A stretch of 56,324 nt of DNA from Candidatus Nanopelagicales bacterium (GCA_044345075.1 JBIJBU010000001.1:1-56324), one strand, 5' to 3'. Counted from the first letter of the stretch, positions 42,258-52,752 are shown. Made by a program: numbers and translations. The notes: generated by a model not told the origin, from the letters alone.

Positions 42258-43550
42258 GTGACCACCATGACTCAGAGTGCTCGGCGGATCCTGGCTGTAG
42301 CTCTATCCGTCGTGGCCGTCATAGCTTTTAGCCCGGCCCAGGCGCAAGCTGCTTCGCCGAGAATCATCGGCGGTAGCCCAATTGAGATCACTTCGGCACC
42401 GTGGCAAGTACTGCTGCGCATCAACGGCACAACGCAGTGCGGCGGAGCCAGCATCAGTGATTCCTGGATTCTCACCGCGGCCCACTGCATGAACGGGATT
42501 GGCCCTGGGCAGGTCGAGGCGTACGTCGGCGTCACGGACCAAAATCGTCTCTCTCGTGATCGCCTGGCCCCGGTTAGCCAGGTGATCGTGCATCCCAATT
42601 GGAACCCCTCCACCTACTCCAATGATCTTGCCCTGATTGGTCTCGCTGCCCCACTTGCGTTCAGCCCATCGGTGCAACAGGTCGCCCTTCCACTGGTGCA
42701 AGATGCCAATGCCTGGCCCGCGTCAGGAGAACAGGCAACCATCAGTGGGTGGGGCTCGACTACGCCGAGTGGTGCATCATCTGCATTGCTACGTGCGGCA
42801 ACTGTGCAGATCCTCTCCGCACCATCCGAAGCGAAATGTGGAGAGTACGGCGCCAGTTATGTCCCGGGTAATCATGTGTGCGCCGGAATGCCGCAGGGTG
42901 GTGTTGATGCGTGCCAGGGTGATAGCGGCGGTCCGCTCACCGTTGCCTACAACGGCACGCCGGTGCTCGCGGGAATCGTCAGCAGTGGTAGCGGCTGCGC
43001 TGACCCGAAGTTTCCGGGTCTGTACAGCAGGGTCACGTCTTTCCTCCCGTGGTTGCGTCAGTACGTCGCACTTCCGCAGTCTCCACCGGGCGCACCGACC
43101 GGCGTCGAAGTCAAGGCATTACAGGGCGGCCGAGTGTTCGTGAGTTGGGTGCCGCCGGTCAATGACGGTGGAGCAGCAATCTCGTATGTCGCGTCATCGT
43201 CGGCCGATCAGCGCAGCTGCACTGCTGAAGTCACCTCGTGTGTTATCTCCGGACTCTCGGTTGGCGCCTCGTACACCTTCACGGTTACCTCGGGTAACTC
43301 GATCGGTCTGAGTGCTCCCAGCGCGGCAAGCTCAGCGGTCACCGCTGTCAGCGGGACGGGGCGCGTTGGTTCCACTGTTCGCAAAGCCACGGTGCTGCGA
43401 TGGGCCGGACGTGCGAGCGGGAACATTGTCGTGCTGTCGAAAGCACAATGCGTCGCCACAAGCCGTGGCGTCGTGCTGAACCGTGCCGGGTACTGCTCGG
43501 TCAAGGTCACCGGATCAAGTAAGAAGGTCGTGATCCTCGCTGTCGCCTAG
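42258..43550 (+). CDS. Secreted trypsin-like (S1) serine protease with an FN3-like and a further C-terminal domain
   Basis: It has a signal peptide, then IIGG..., LTAAHC (His), the Asp region NDLALI and GDSGGPL (Ser). A PPGAP linker leads into an FN3-like segment (VSWVPPVNDGGAAISYV). Confidence 0.85.
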   Translation: MTTMTQSARRILAVALSVVAVIAFSPAQAQAASPRIIGGSPIEITSAPWQVLLRINGTTQCGGASISDSWILTAAHCMNGIGPGQVEAYVGVTDQNRLSRDRLAPVSQVIVHPNWNPSTYSNDLALIGLAAPLAFSPSVQQVALPLVQDANAWPASGEQATISGWGSTTPSGASSALLRAATVQILSAPSEAKCGEYGASYVPGNHVCAGMPQGGVDACQGDSGGPLTVAYNGTPVLAGIVSSGSGCADPKFPGLYSRVTSFLPWLRQYVALPQSPPGAPTGVEVKALQGGRVFVSWVPPVNDGGAAISYVASSSADQRSCTAEVTSCVISGLSVGASYTFTVTSGNSIGLSAPSAASSAVTAVSGTGRVGSTVRKATVLRWAGRASGNIVVLSKAQCVATSRGVVLNRAGYCSVKVTGSSKKVVILAVA

Positions 43551-44471
43551 CGGCGCAGAATGTCGCTCAATCGCGACAGCCTGAATCTCTCCATCAACAA
43601 ATGCTCGGTGAATCACGATAAATGCACCAGGGGAGAGCTTCGGCTCAAGTCGGGAATCATCTGCTGACATGCCGAGCGTCTTCGCGACAGTGGACATGAT
43701 CGTGGGCAGTACCGGGCGATGTGAGCAGATCACGGCGGGATCGGGTGACTGCACGATGCGGGCCACAACCTTGGCGGCCTTCTTGGAATGTGCCTCGTGA
43801 CCCTCTTCGCTCAGCGAGCTCTCCAGGTTGAGTTCATTGTCGGTTGCTTCTGCGAAAAGTCTTACAGTTTCGGCGCATCGCGTGGCGGTCGAGGTGTGGA
43901 CGGCAGCGATGCCATACGCACTTAACACCGCAGTCAGTGCTTGTGCTTGACGGCGACCCTTCCCGGTCAGTGGCCGGAGTGCATCGACCGTGCCCTCGTA
44001 CTCGGATCGCTTCACGGCCTTGGCGTGGCGCAAGATCATGAGTGGCGAAGTCGGTGGCAGGGCAAGCGCCTCGAGAACTAGCGCGTGATCATGTGCGTAG
44101 GTCAAGAGGTCGGAGGAGTACGAGACTGGAATCCAGCGGATCTCGTCAATCTCCTGGTCTGGGCTAAAGCCATTATCTGAACGAATGTTGCCGATCCAGT
44201 AGTCGACGATCTTCGGCCGGTCAAGGGCGATGTACGACTGTCGAGCGAGCGGAGCGCCGAGGGTCACGGTGAGACCGGTCTCCTCGATGCACTCGCGCAC
44301 TGCTGTCTCGATCAAATGTTCGCCGGGGTCGACCTTGCCCTTGGGAAGCGACCAGTCACTTCGGTGAGGACGATGGACCACAAGCACTTCCGGTGCCGAG
44401 TCGCGATTGCGCAGCACGACTACACCTGCAGCCCGAACGGCAGATTCCGTGGAGTCGTCGCTCACAGCCAC
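43515..44471 (-). CDS. mutT1: Nudix hydrolase fused to a histidine-phosphatase (SixA-like) domain, MutT1-like
   Basis: The Nudix box is GKVDPGEHLIETAVRECIEETG. The C-terminal histidine-phosphatase motif is ILRHAKA. Its position downstream of ppk1 matches the mycobacterial ppk1-mutT1 neighbourhood. Confidence 0.75.
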   Translation of the reverse strand: MAVSDDSTESAVRAAGVVVLRNRDSAPEVLVVHRPHRSDWSLPKGKVDPGEHLIETAVRECIEETGLTVTLGAPLARQSYIALDRPKIVDYWIGNIRSDNGFSPDQEIDEIRWIPVSYSSDLLTYAHDHALVLEALALPPTSPLMILRHAKAVKRSEYEGTVDALRPLTGKGRRQAQALTAVLSAYGIAAVHTSTATRCAETVRLFAEATDNELNLESSLSEEGHEAHSKKAAKVVARIVQSPDPAVICSHRPVLPTIMSTVAKTLGMSADDSRLEPKLSPGAFIVIHRAFVDGEIQAVAIERHSAPLGDSEDHDLLT

Positions 44472-45976
44472 TCCACCTTGCGCGCTGCCTTCTTGATGTC
44501 AGGCCAGGCGTCCATGAAGCGGTATCGATCCATGATCTCCTCGTCACTCTCGTAGGCGAAGAGACGACCGAGGAGCAATCCGACACCGCCGGGGGTGGTC
44601 GGCGCGGCAGCGAGTGAGCGCAGTGCTTCCTGTGCGACGAATGCATCGTGGTGAATACCGAGAAGTCCGGTCGCGATGGACAGCGCGTGTGCGAGCCGCT
44701 TGACCGGCTTGCCTTCGAGGGGGGCGAGTGCGTCCATCGCATACCGGGCACGCTTCGCGAGGATTCGAGCGTGATGCCACTCGGCCGCGGGGCTGTCAAT
44801 CTCGAGCTCCCGGACCGCGTGCCTGAATTGATCCCAGGCAGTCGTGGCAAGTCGTTGCATGCTCTCGGAGTAATCGGCATAGGCAATGGGGAGCGCGCTC
44901 GGGTTCTGGGCGGCGTCGATGAGATCCTCGATGAGGTACTGGTGGCGATCACTCCGGAGTGCTGCGAGAGCACTCGACCGGGCGGACTGCAGGCGTTGGC
45001 CCACGCGCGCCGTGAGGAACTCACTCACGCGGGCGGCGTCTTCTTCCTCGAGTGAGCCAGCGTGGTCAAGAAGGCGCTCGAGGAGTACCTCGGTGTCGCG
45101 AATGGCTCCGAGCTCGGAGGCCACCCAGGCGAGTTCATCGCTGATGCGAGCACGCCACTGTGGATCGAAGAAGTCACCGTACGTATGCAAGAACGAACGC
45201 AGTCGACGCGCGGCAACACGCATCTGGTGAGCGGCATCGGGGGCGTCGCGGCGCACGTCGACATCAGCGAGCATGAGTGCCCGAACGCCAAGACCGATGG
45301 CGTACCTGATGACGTCGACGGCCATGACGTGTGAGGAAGGGAGTTTGGGCTCCGGCACATCGCATTCACCGCTCGCCCGTGAGCCAAGTGCAGAGGCAGC
45401 CTTGCTCGACGTGCCGATGGCGCCGCCGGCCGCAATGAATTGATTCACCACGTATTGCATGCAAGCGAGAGAAGCAGGGTCATCGGCGTCAGTTGCCTCG
45501 ACCTCGATCTCTCGGAAGTGGGAGTCCGGTACGCCCGGCAGGCGCACCGTGACACGATCGTCGACGACTTCAGCGAGCATGCGTCCGGTGGAATCCACGA
45601 TTGAAGCCGGGGCACGGAGTGTCTCCACCACGACCTGGGCCTTGAGCGGCTTCTCGCCGATCAGCGGGGAGACGATGTCGCCAAGACGGGCTGGCACGTG
45701 CTCGGAGAGTTCGAGCCTGACCTCATCTCGATCGCCTGCGGCGCCACTTGCGACGGGGATTTTCAGATGCCAGCCCTGATCTAGGCCGCCCTCGCGCCTG
45801 CGCAGGGTCATGCGCCAGCGGAAGAGAGTCAGTTCATCGGTGTCGTAATAGTCGGCGTGCATCTGGAATGCCGGCCCTCGACGTGCCCGAAAGTCGCCGA
45901 GTTGATCGAGCACAGGTGAGATGTCGAAGGCATCGTCGACTCGGATCTTGCGCTCAACCTCTCGGTAAGTCGCCAT
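44462..45976 (-). CDS. CYTH and CHAD domain-containing protein
   Basis: The N-terminus is EVERKIRV (the CYTH ExExK motif). The long helical C-terminal half carries repeated His/Arg-rich CHAD motifs (HQMRVAARRLRS, HHARILAKRARYA). Confidence 0.8.
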   Translation of the reverse strand: MATYREVERKIRVDDAFDISPVLDQLGDFRARRGPAFQMHADYYDTDELTLFRWRMTLRRREGGLDQGWHLKIPVASGAAGDRDEVRLELSEHVPARLGDIVSPLIGEKPLKAQVVVETLRAPASIVDSTGRMLAEVVDDRVTVRLPGVPDSHFREIEVEATDADDPASLACMQYVVNQFIAAGGAIGTSSKAASALGSRASGECDVPEPKLPSSHVMAVDVIRYAIGLGVRALMLADVDVRRDAPDAAHQMRVAARRLRSFLHTYGDFFDPQWRARISDELAWVASELGAIRDTEVLLERLLDHAGSLEEEDAARVSEFLTARVGQRLQSARSSALAALRSDRHQYLIEDLIDAAQNPSALPIAYADYSESMQRLATTAWDQFRHAVRELEIDSPAAEWHHARILAKRARYAMDALAPLEGKPVKRLAHALSIATGLLGIHHDAFVAQEALRSLAAAPTTPGGVGLLLGRLFAYESDEEIMDRYRFMDAWPDIKKAARKVEWL

Positions 45977-48099
45977 CAGCGTGTTTCACGTCGATTCTGT
46001 CGCGCCAGGAGAGTCTCCTGATAGTCGCGAAGTCGCTGGCCATCGCTGCCCACAGTGACGCGATCCCAGCTGCCGTCACTGTGCAGATGCCAGGCGGAGG
46101 TTGCAGGGTCGAAGGCAAGAGTGAAGAGCCCGCTCACCTCGCTGATCTGATCGGGCTGCACGAGCAGCACGAGGGTCTCGACTCGGCGATCAAGGTTGCG
46201 ATGCATCATGTCGGCGGAGCCGATCCAGACTTCCTTCTCTCCGCCGTTCTCGAAGCAGTAAGCGCGGGAATGCTCGAGGAAGCGTCCGAGAATACTGATG
46301 ACCTCGATGTTCTCGCTCAGGCCGGGAACGCCAGGGCGCAGAGCGCAGATTCCGCGAACGAAGACCTGCACGGGAACTCCCGCCATCGATGCACGGTAGA
46401 GGGAATCAATGATGCCCTCGTCGACAAGTGCATTCGTCTTGAACTGAATGCCCGCGGGCCGGCCGGCCTGATGGTGCTCAATCTCGCGCTCGACGCGTTC
46501 GACGAGACCGGTACGCACCGAGTGAGGGGCGACCAGCAGTCGGGAGTAATCCGTGTTCATCGAGTAGCCGGAAAGCACGTTGAACAGGTTGCTGACGTCT
46601 TCGCCCACCTGGTCATCGCAGGTAATGAGGCCGAAATCCTCATACAGTCGCGCGGTCTTGGGGTGGTAGTTGCCGGTGCCAAGGTGCGTGTAACGACGCA
46701 GGCGGTCACCGTCATTTCGCACGACCATCGAAAGCTTGCAATGAGTCTTCAAGCCGACTAGACCGTAAACGACGTGCACGCCGGCCTCTTCGAGCTTGCG
46801 TCCCCAGTCGATGTTGTTCTGCTCGTCGAAACGAGCCTTGATCTCGACGAGAGCAAGTACCTGCTTACCCATTTGTGCGGCATCGATGAGTGCCTCGGTG
46901 ATCGGCGAGTCACCTGAGGTTCGATACAGGGTCTGCTTGATGGCGAGCACATGCGGATCCCGAGCGGCTTGCTCCAAGAACAGTTGCACGCTGGTGCTGA
47001 ACGAGTCATAGGGATGGTGCAGGAAAACATCGTGCTCGCGCACCGTGGCCAGCACCTCAGGTGCGGTGGAGGATTCCACCTGATTGAGCTGTCGCGAGGT
47101 GCTGGGTACGAACTTCGGCTGCTTGAGGTCATCGCGATCGAGGCCGACGATTGTCCAGAGACCAGTCAGATCGAGGGGACCGGGAATGCGGAAGACCTCG
47201 TGCTCGTTGATATCGAGCTCGCTGACGAGCAGTTCGAGAACATGCGCTGAGATAGAAGCCTCGACCTCAAGGCGCACCGGTGGGCCGAAACGCCGACGCA
47301 TGAGTTCGCGCTCGAGTGCGAGCAGCAGATTCTCGGCGTCATCCTCTTCGACCTCGAGATCCTCGTTACGTGTCACGCGGAATGCGTGATGTTCGAGGAT
47401 CTGCATTCCCGGGAAGAGATCGTTCAGGTGCGCGGCGATGATGTCCTCGAGAGGCACGAATCGCTGAGAGCCCACCGATACGAAGCGCGGAAGTGACGGC
47501 GGCACCTTCACGCGCGCGAAGAGCTCTGTGCCGGTGATCGGGTTGCGCACGACGACTGCGAGATTGAGCGAGAGTCCGCTGATGTAAGGGAACGGGTGAG
47601 AGGGATCTACTGCCAGCGGAGTGAGCACCGGGAAGACCTGACCGTCGAAGAACGGCTCAGTGGCATCGCGCTCGGCTTCAGTGAGCTCGGCCCAACGCAG
47701 CAGCTCGATGCCGTTGTTGCGAAGCGCGGGCATCACCTCTTCATGGAAGACGTTGGCGTGCTCGCGCTGAAGTGCATGGGCTCGCACCCAGATGTTCTCG
47801 AGAACTTCGCGCGGCGTCAGGCCGCTGGCCGCGCGCACGGCGATGCCGGTGGCAATTCGACGCTTGAGGCCGGCCACGCGAACCATGAAGAACTCGTCGA
47901 GGTTGCTGGCGAAGATGGCGAGGAACTTGGCCCGCTCGAGCGGGGGCAGGGTGTCGTCCTCGGCGAGCTCGAGCACGCGCTGATTGAAATCGAGCCAGGA
48001 GAGCTCGCGGTCCAAGAAACGGTCGGCCGGGAGGTCGCCGCCTTGCACTGGAAGCGGGGTCGGCTGAGCCTCAGTGGGGGAAGTTTGCTCTAGGGACAC
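45976..48099 (-). CDS. ppk1: Polyphosphate kinase 1
   Basis: The 707-aa product has the N-terminal [16 protein letters not shown] and the autophosphorylated-His region [17 protein letters not shown]. The C-terminal PLD-like domains contain [14 protein letters not shown]. Confidence 0.92.
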   Translation of the reverse strand: MSLEQTSPTEAQPTPLPVQGGDLPADRFLDRELSWLDFNQRVLELAEDDTLPPLERAKFLAIFASNLDEFFMVRVAGLKRRIATGIAVRAASGLTPREVLENIWVRAHALQREHANVFHEEVMPALRNNGIELLRWAELTEAERDATEPFFDGQVFPVLTPLAVDPSHPFPYISGLSLNLAVVVRNPITGTELFARVKVPPSLPRFVSVGSQRFVPLEDIIAAHLNDLFPGMQILEHHAFRVTRNEDLEVEEDDAENLLLALERELMRRRFGPPVRLEVEASISAHVLELLVSELDINEHEVFRIPGPLDLTGLWTIVGLDRDDLKQPKFVPSTSRQLNQVESSTAPEVLATVREHDVFLHHPYDSFSTSVQLFLEQAARDPHVLAIKQTLYRTSGDSPITEALIDAAQMGKQVLALVEIKARFDEQNNIDWGRKLEEAGVHVVYGLVGLKTHCKLSMVVRNDGDRLRRYTHLGTGNYHPKTARLYEDFGLITCDDQVGEDVSNLFNVLSGYSMNTDYSRLLVAPHSVRTGLVERVEREIEHHQAGRPAGIQFKTNALVDEGIIDSLYRASMAGVPVQVFVRGICALRPGVPGLSENIEVISILGRFLEHSRAYCFENGGEKEVWIGSADMMHRNLDRRVETLVLLVQPDQISEVSGLFTLAFDPATSAWHLHSDGSWDRVTVGSDGQRLRDYQETLLARQNRRETR

Positions 48100-48122
48100 G
48101 CCCCCATGGTGGCACAGGGGGG

Positions 48123-49064
48123 TTAACGGGTGGCAACCGTGCGGTGACGGTACAGAACATCGGTATCCCAGCGTGAGAAGCCAAGCCCCTCATAGAGACG
48201 AATAGCCGAGGTGTTCCGCGCATCGACGTAGAGCATCGCCTGGGAGAGCCCGAGGCCGCGCAGGTGGTGCAGGCCGGCCAAGGTCAACGCCCGGCCCAGG
48301 CCGCGCCCGGCGTAGTCGGGATCGACCCCCACGACGTAGACCTCGCCGATCGCGTCATGGTCGTGGCCGCCGCCGCTCTTTCGCCCGTGAACCTTTGTCC
48401 AGTGGAAGCCGACCACGGTGCCCTCATGCTCGGCAATGAGGAAGCCTGCGGCTGAGAACCAAGGCTCATCCATACGTCGGCGCAAGTCCTCGAGGGTCCA
48501 GCCGCCCTGGTCAGGCAGATCGGCGAAGGCTCGGCCATTGATCCGCAGCCAGGCTTCGTCATCGACGCCGGGCTCGAATGCGCGAATCGTGCACCCCTCG
48601 GGCAGCACTGCCGCGGAGAGCGGCGCGAACAGTGAGCGACGCATCTGCCACAAAACCCTGCTCTGCTCGAAGCCCATCGAGCGTGCCAGTCGCGCGGCAG
48701 CAGCCTGCTCGCCATGTGCCCAGAGTCGAAGGCCCTCGTTCGACGTGAGTTCGAGCAGTGTCGTGATCATGAGGCGGCCAATGCCCTCGCGGCGTGCGGC
48801 CGGCTCGACTGCGAGCTCAGCGCTTGGCCCTTCGACCATGTCGGTGCAGTCGAGATGCGCGTAGCCGACGATGGTTGATGAGTCATCGCGCACGAGTACG
48901 TGTCGACCGCCGTCATCACCGCCGTGACGCAGGTGAAGGAAGACATGTTCAGAGAGCGGGTGCAGTCCGTCGGCGGAGGTGACGTGCTCGATGAGTGAGA
49001 TGACTCCCGAGAGCTCTTCGGAGTCGAGGTGCTCGACTGTGCTGACAGTGAGCATCATGCTCAT
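48123..49064 (-). CDS. mshD: Mycothiol synthase (tandem GNAT acetyltransferase)
   Basis: It has two GNAT halves, the second with [15 protein letters not shown] and [18 protein letters not shown]. It sits next to the glnR-like gene, as Rv0818/Rv0819 do in M. tuberculosis. Confidence 0.8.
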   Translation of the reverse strand: MSMMLTVSTVEHLDSEELSGVISLIEHVTSADGLHPLSEHVFLHLRHGGDDGGRHVLVRDDSSTIVGYAHLDCTDMVEGPSAELAVEPAARREGIGRLMITTLLELTSNEGLRLWAHGEQAAAARLARSMGFEQSRVLWQMRRSLFAPLSAAVLPEGCTIRAFEPGVDDEAWLRINGRAFADLPDQGGWTLEDLRRRMDEPWFSAAGFLIAEHEGTVVGFHWTKVHGRKSGGGHDHDAIGEVYVVGVDPDYAGRGLGRALTLAGLHHLRGLGLSQAMLYVDARNTSAIRLYEGLGFSRWDTDVLYRHRTVATR

Positions 49065-49783
49065 ACCAGTGAAGGGTTGATGGCCAGTTCGTCGTCGACA
49101 GTGCCTTCACCCATAGGCACGAAGCGGTAGCCGACATTGCGAACGGTGCCGATCAGCGATTCATGCTCAACGCCGAGTTTTGCGCGCAGGCGACGCACGT
49201 GAACATCGACGGTGCGAGTGCCGCCGAAGTAGTCGTAGCCCCAGACTTCCTGGAGGAGAAGGGCGCGAGTGAACACGCGGCCCGGATGCTGGGCAAGGTA
49301 CTTCAGCAGTTCGAATTCCTTGAAGGTGAGATCTAGAGTGCGACCGCGCAACTTCGCGGTGTAGGTGGCCTCGTCGACCATCAGTTCGCCGCTGCGGATT
49401 TCCTCAGGCTCCGAGTTTGTCACGCCCGTAGCCTCGCCGATGCGAGATACCGCGAGACGAAGACGTGCCTCGAGTTCGGCCGGAGAGATCGTGTCGAGCA
49501 GGATTTCGTCCATCCCCCAGTCCCACTGAACGGCAGCCAGACCACCCTCAGTGGTGACGAGGAGAACCGGAACATCGACGCCGGTCTGGCGGATCAGGCG
49601 GGTCAGGCCGCGAACGGCTGGCAGGTCGCGACGGCCATCGATGATGAGCGCATCGCAGTTAGGAGCATCGAGAAGGGCCGTGGGCTCTGCGGGCAAGGCT
49701 CGAACGTGGTGGGCAAGAAGCCCGAGCGCCGGCAGCACCTCGGACGAAGGTTCCATGGCGCGGGTGAGGAGAAGAAGTCTCAT
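49061..49783 (-). CDS. glnR: Orphan OmpR-family response regulator, GlnR-type
   Basis: [58 protein letters not shown] closely parallels what I recall of Streptomyces GlnR. The wHTH is [54 protein letters not shown] trimmed the start to ATG 49783. No kinase gene is adjacent. Confidence 0.75.
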   Translation of the reverse strand: MRLLLLTRAMEPSSEVLPALGLLAHHVRALPAEPTALLDAPNCDALIIDGRRDLPAVRGLTRLIRQTGVDVPVLLVTTEGGLAAVQWDWGMDEILLDTISPAELEARLRLAVSRIGEATGVTNSEPEEIRSGELMVDEATYTAKLRGRTLDLTFKEFELLKYLAQHPGRVFTRALLLQEVWGYDYFGGTRTVDVHVRRLRAKLGVEHESLIGTVRNVGYRFVPMGEGTVDDELAINPSLV

Positions 49784-49894
49784 GTCACCACCTTTCGCCC
49801 GGGGGAAAGCCCCAAGGCTACGGCATCGGGAACAATGGGCGCTCGGCCGGCAAGTGTTGCCAAGGGAAATCCCGGACGGAAGAGGAGGTGGCTG

Positions 49895-50677
49895 ATGGGT
49901 ACGGAGCTGGAATCGACGTGGCTCACCGCCTCCGACGGCACCGCTATCAGCACCGGGCACCTGCCCCATGAAGGCGAGCTATGCCTGGTCGTGGCGCACG
50001 GCTTCACGGGGCAATGGCGCTCGGAGCGGGTTCAGAAGGTGATCAAGGTGCTGTCCCGGTCGGCCGCGGTCATCGTCGTGGATATGCGTGGTCATGGGGA
50101 GTCAGGCGGGGTGACCACTATCGGTCATGAGGAGATTCGCGATGTCTCGGCCGCTGTGGCCTGGGCGCGTGAGCTCGGTTATCGCCGTGTCGTGACGATC
50201 GGCTTCTCGATGGGTGGCGCGGTGGTTCTGCGTCAAGCCGCATTCCCTGAGGGCGAGAGCGATCAGGTCGATGCCGTGATCGCCGTGAGTGCCCCGGCGT
50301 TCTGGTACTACCGCGGCACCAAAGTCATGCGACGCATGCATCACGTGGTGGCCTCCCGAGTTGGGCGCACCTTCATGCGTACCCGCGGCACTCGCATTGA
50401 CTCGCAAGGCTGGCCGGACCCGATGCCGGCGGCGCCGGTCGAGGCCATCAGTCTCTACCCACATCTCCCCGTGCTGATCGTCCACGGTGATGTCGACCGC
50501 TACTTCCCGCTTGAGCACCCACGTGCCCTGCACGCTGCTGCTGTCGCGGGCGGAAACGAGAATGTCCAGCTCTGGGAGATTTCCGGCTTCGGACATGCTG
50601 AGTCGGCGATTGACGATGAGACACTTGAGCGCATTGTTGGCTGGGTTCGGGAACAGATGACGAGGGTGGAGGGTTAA
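49895..50677 (+). CDS. Alpha/beta-fold hydrolase
   Basis: Motifs are VVAHGFTG, the nucleophile elbow GFSMGG and the C-terminal GFGHAE. A GAGGAGG RBS precedes ATG 49895. Confidence 0.8.
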   Translation: MGTELESTWLTASDGTAISTGHLPHEGELCLVVAHGFTGQWRSERVQKVIKVLSRSAAVIVVDMRGHGESGGVTTIGHEEIRDVSAAVAWARELGYRRVVTIGFSMGGAVVLRQAAFPEGESDQVDAVIAVSAPAFWYYRGTKVMRRMHHVVASRVGRTFMRTRGTRIDSQGWPDPMPAAPVEAISLYPHLPVLIVHGDVDRYFPLEHPRALHAAAVAGGNENVQLWEISGFGHAESAIDDETLERIVGWVREQMTRVEG

Positions 50678-50684
50678 CGCTGTT

Positions 50685-51167
50685 ATGACCGGTGTCTGGA
50701 TCCTCATCCTCGCTCTCGCCGCGGCAACCGCCTTCGGGCTGTGGCGTCGCGCAACCGACGGCCGGATGAAATCGACTGGTGACGGCCTGCCGGTGCCGTT
50801 GCCTGATGACGCACCGTCTGCTGATCTGCATGACGCTGTCCACGATGAGCACGGCGGAGATGTGCTGACCGCCGCGGCGATCGGAACCTCGCTGGGCGAG
50901 GTGGCCACCTTGGTGCAGTTCTCGAGTGCCTTCTGCCAGCCCTGTCGCGCCACCCGCCGAATCCTCGATGAAGTGACTCAGATGGTTCCGGGCGTCACCC
51001 ATGTCGAGATCGATGCGGAGTCGAATCTCGAGCTCGTGCGTCAGCTCGACATTCGCCGCACGCCCACCGTGCTCGTGCTCGACAAGCGTGGAGCCATCCG
51101 CAAGCGGGCTAGTGGGGCGCCACGGAAGGTTGATGTCATCGCTGCTATCGGCGAGGTCAGCGGCTGA
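50685..51167 (+). CDS. Membrane-anchored thioredoxin-fold protein
   Basis: An N-terminal hydrophobic helix is followed by the CxxC motif FSSAFCQPCR and the cis-Pro region RRTPTVLV. Confidence 0.75.
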   Translation: MTGVWILILALAAATAFGLWRRATDGRMKSTGDGLPVPLPDDAPSADLHDAVHDEHGGDVLTAAAIGTSLGEVATLVQFSSAFCQPCRATRRILDEVTQMVPGVTHVEIDAESNLELVRQLDIRRTPTVLVLDKRGAIRKRASGAPRKVDVIAAIGEVSG

Positions 51168-51257
51168 GCTGCAAGCAGTTCGCAATTGCCCGACCCTGAG
51201 ATTGGGCCCGATCGGCTCCTCCTAGCGTTTACGTAGAGAGAGACCGAAGGAGCACCT

Positions 51258-51704
51258 ATGACCACCGAGATCTGCACCCGCACCGAGATCGATCCTCGTG
51301 GCCCCCGCTTCGGCGGCACGATCACCACGATCGTGCTGGCCATTGCACTTGTCACGGTCGGAACCCCGCTCTCCGATGTGCTTGTTGTTTGGCAGGCCCT
51401 TGTCTTCGGCCTGGGCGCCATCGTCGGCCTCCACGCGCAGCCCTACGGCATCTTGTACCGCAAGCTCATCGGCCCGCGTCTTGCTCCGCCGCAGTTGCTC
51501 GAAGATGCTGCGCCACCGCGATTCGCTCAGGCTGTCGGCCTGATCTTCATGATCGTTGCTCTCATCTCGATCGCCCTCGGTGCGACTGTGGTTGCTGCCA
51601 TCGCCATCGGCTTCGCTCTGGCGGCGGCATTCCTCAATGCTGCATTCAACTTCTGCCTCGGCTGCGAGATGTACCTGCTCGGTGCGCGCCTGCGCCACCG
51701 CTAG
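51258..51704 (+). CDS. DUF4395-like small membrane protein
   Basis: It begins DPRGPRFGG and has several hydrophobic helices. The C-terminal FNFCLGCEMY motif matches my memory of the DUF4395 proteins that accompany thioredoxin-like genes in actinobacteria. Confidence 0.6.
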   Translation: MTTEICTRTEIDPRGPRFGGTITTIVLAIALVTVGTPLSDVLVVWQALVFGLGAIVGLHAQPYGILYRKLIGPRLAPPQLLEDAAPPRFAQAVGLIFMIVALISIALGATVVAAIAIGFALAAAFLNAAFNFCLGCEMYLLGARLRHR

Positions 51705-51712
51705 GGGTAGGG

Positions 51713-52738
51713 CTAAGGAACGATGACAGCGCGGCCGTCGACACGACCTGCGCGAAGATCATCGACCGCACGCTGAGCATCATCCAGCGAATATGTCGTC
51801 ACGGTTGACTCGATTCGACCCTCACGCGCGAGTGCGACAACTTCGGCCATCTCGGGTGCAGAGCCCCAGTTGGTCGTTGTGACCACTGACTCCGGTGGCA
51901 TCGTGAAGAAGCTTAGTTCGGTGCTACCACCACCGAGACCGACGATGTTGAGCATTCCGCGTGCCGCGAGAAGTGAACGCCCGCTGGCGAGTGAAGCGTC
52001 ATTGCCAACGAAGTCGAGAACAGCGGAGCATGCTCCGGCGAGATCATGCTCGGCCATGGCGTCATTGAAATTCGCATCGGTCGGATCAAGTGCGAGATCG
52101 GCTCCGAGTTCGAGGGCTCGTGCCCGCTTCGCCGGATCAGGATCGAGACCGACAATGCGAGCATCGCTTAGCAGGTTCAGGTACTGAATGCCGAACTGGC
52201 CCAGACCACCGAGGCCAATCGCCACGGCAGTGCTGCCGGGTTCGAGATGCGTGAGTGCGCGCTGCACGGCGCGATACGGAGTCAGCCCCGCATCGGTGAG
52301 ACCAGCGGCCTTCACCGGATCGAGCTCGCCGATCGGAACAAGATGACGCTCAGCCGGGACGATCATGTAGTCCGCGAAACCACCGGGAATGCCGATGCCA
52401 TTCATCGAGAGCACCTGAACCGAGCACATGTTCTCCAAGCCGGACAGGCACGTGGGGCATGAACCACAGCCCTGCGCACCGAATACCGCGACGGCATCGC
52501 CCACGGCAACCGACGTGACACCTGCGCCGATCTCCTCGACGATTCCTGCAGTCTCATGACCGAGTACTGCAGGGAAGCCGGGAAGGATCGCAGGATCACC
52601 GTCGATCAGATGCAGGTCGGTGTGGCAGAGTCCGGCGGCGGTCACCTTGATGAGCACTTCACCAGTCGCAGGCGCCGGACGAGGAATATCGGTGATCGAC
52701 AGGAGCTCGCCGTAGCCGTTCAGTACGACTGCACGCAT
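51713..52738 (-). CDS. Zinc-dependent NAD(P) alcohol dehydrogenase (MDR family)
   Basis: The catalytic zinc site is GLCHTDLH, the structural zinc cluster is GCGSCPTCLSG and the NAD fold is AIGLGGLGQFG. Confidence 0.85.
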   Translation of the reverse strand: MRAVVLNGYGELLSITDIPRPAPATGEVLIKVTAAGLCHTDLHLIDGDPAILPGFPAVLGHETAGIVEEIGAGVTSVAVGDAVAVFGAQGCGSCPTCLSGLENMCSVQVLSMNGIGIPGGFADYMIVPAERHLVPIGELDPVKAAGLTDAGLTPYRAVQRALTHLEPGSTAVAIGLGGLGQFGIQYLNLLSDARIVGLDPDPAKRARALELGADLALDPTDANFNDAMAEHDLAGACSAVLDFVGNDASLASGRSLLAARGMLNIVGLGGGSTELSFFTMPPESVVTTTNWGSAPEMAEVVALAREGRIESTVTTYSLDDAQRAVDDLRAGRVDGRAVIVP

Positions 52739-52752
52739 GGTCGTCCCTCGTT

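Noticed and set aside
45748-46761. A 337-aa plus-strand ORF lies opposite the ppk1/CHAD junction. Similar ORFs lie at 36732-37583 (opposite the ACAD), 6367-6991 (opposite xylB) and 10117-10890 (opposite the ferredoxin reductase).
   Set aside because: All lie antisense to genes with strong family signatures. They are Arg/Ala/Gly-rich and contain no recognisable domain.
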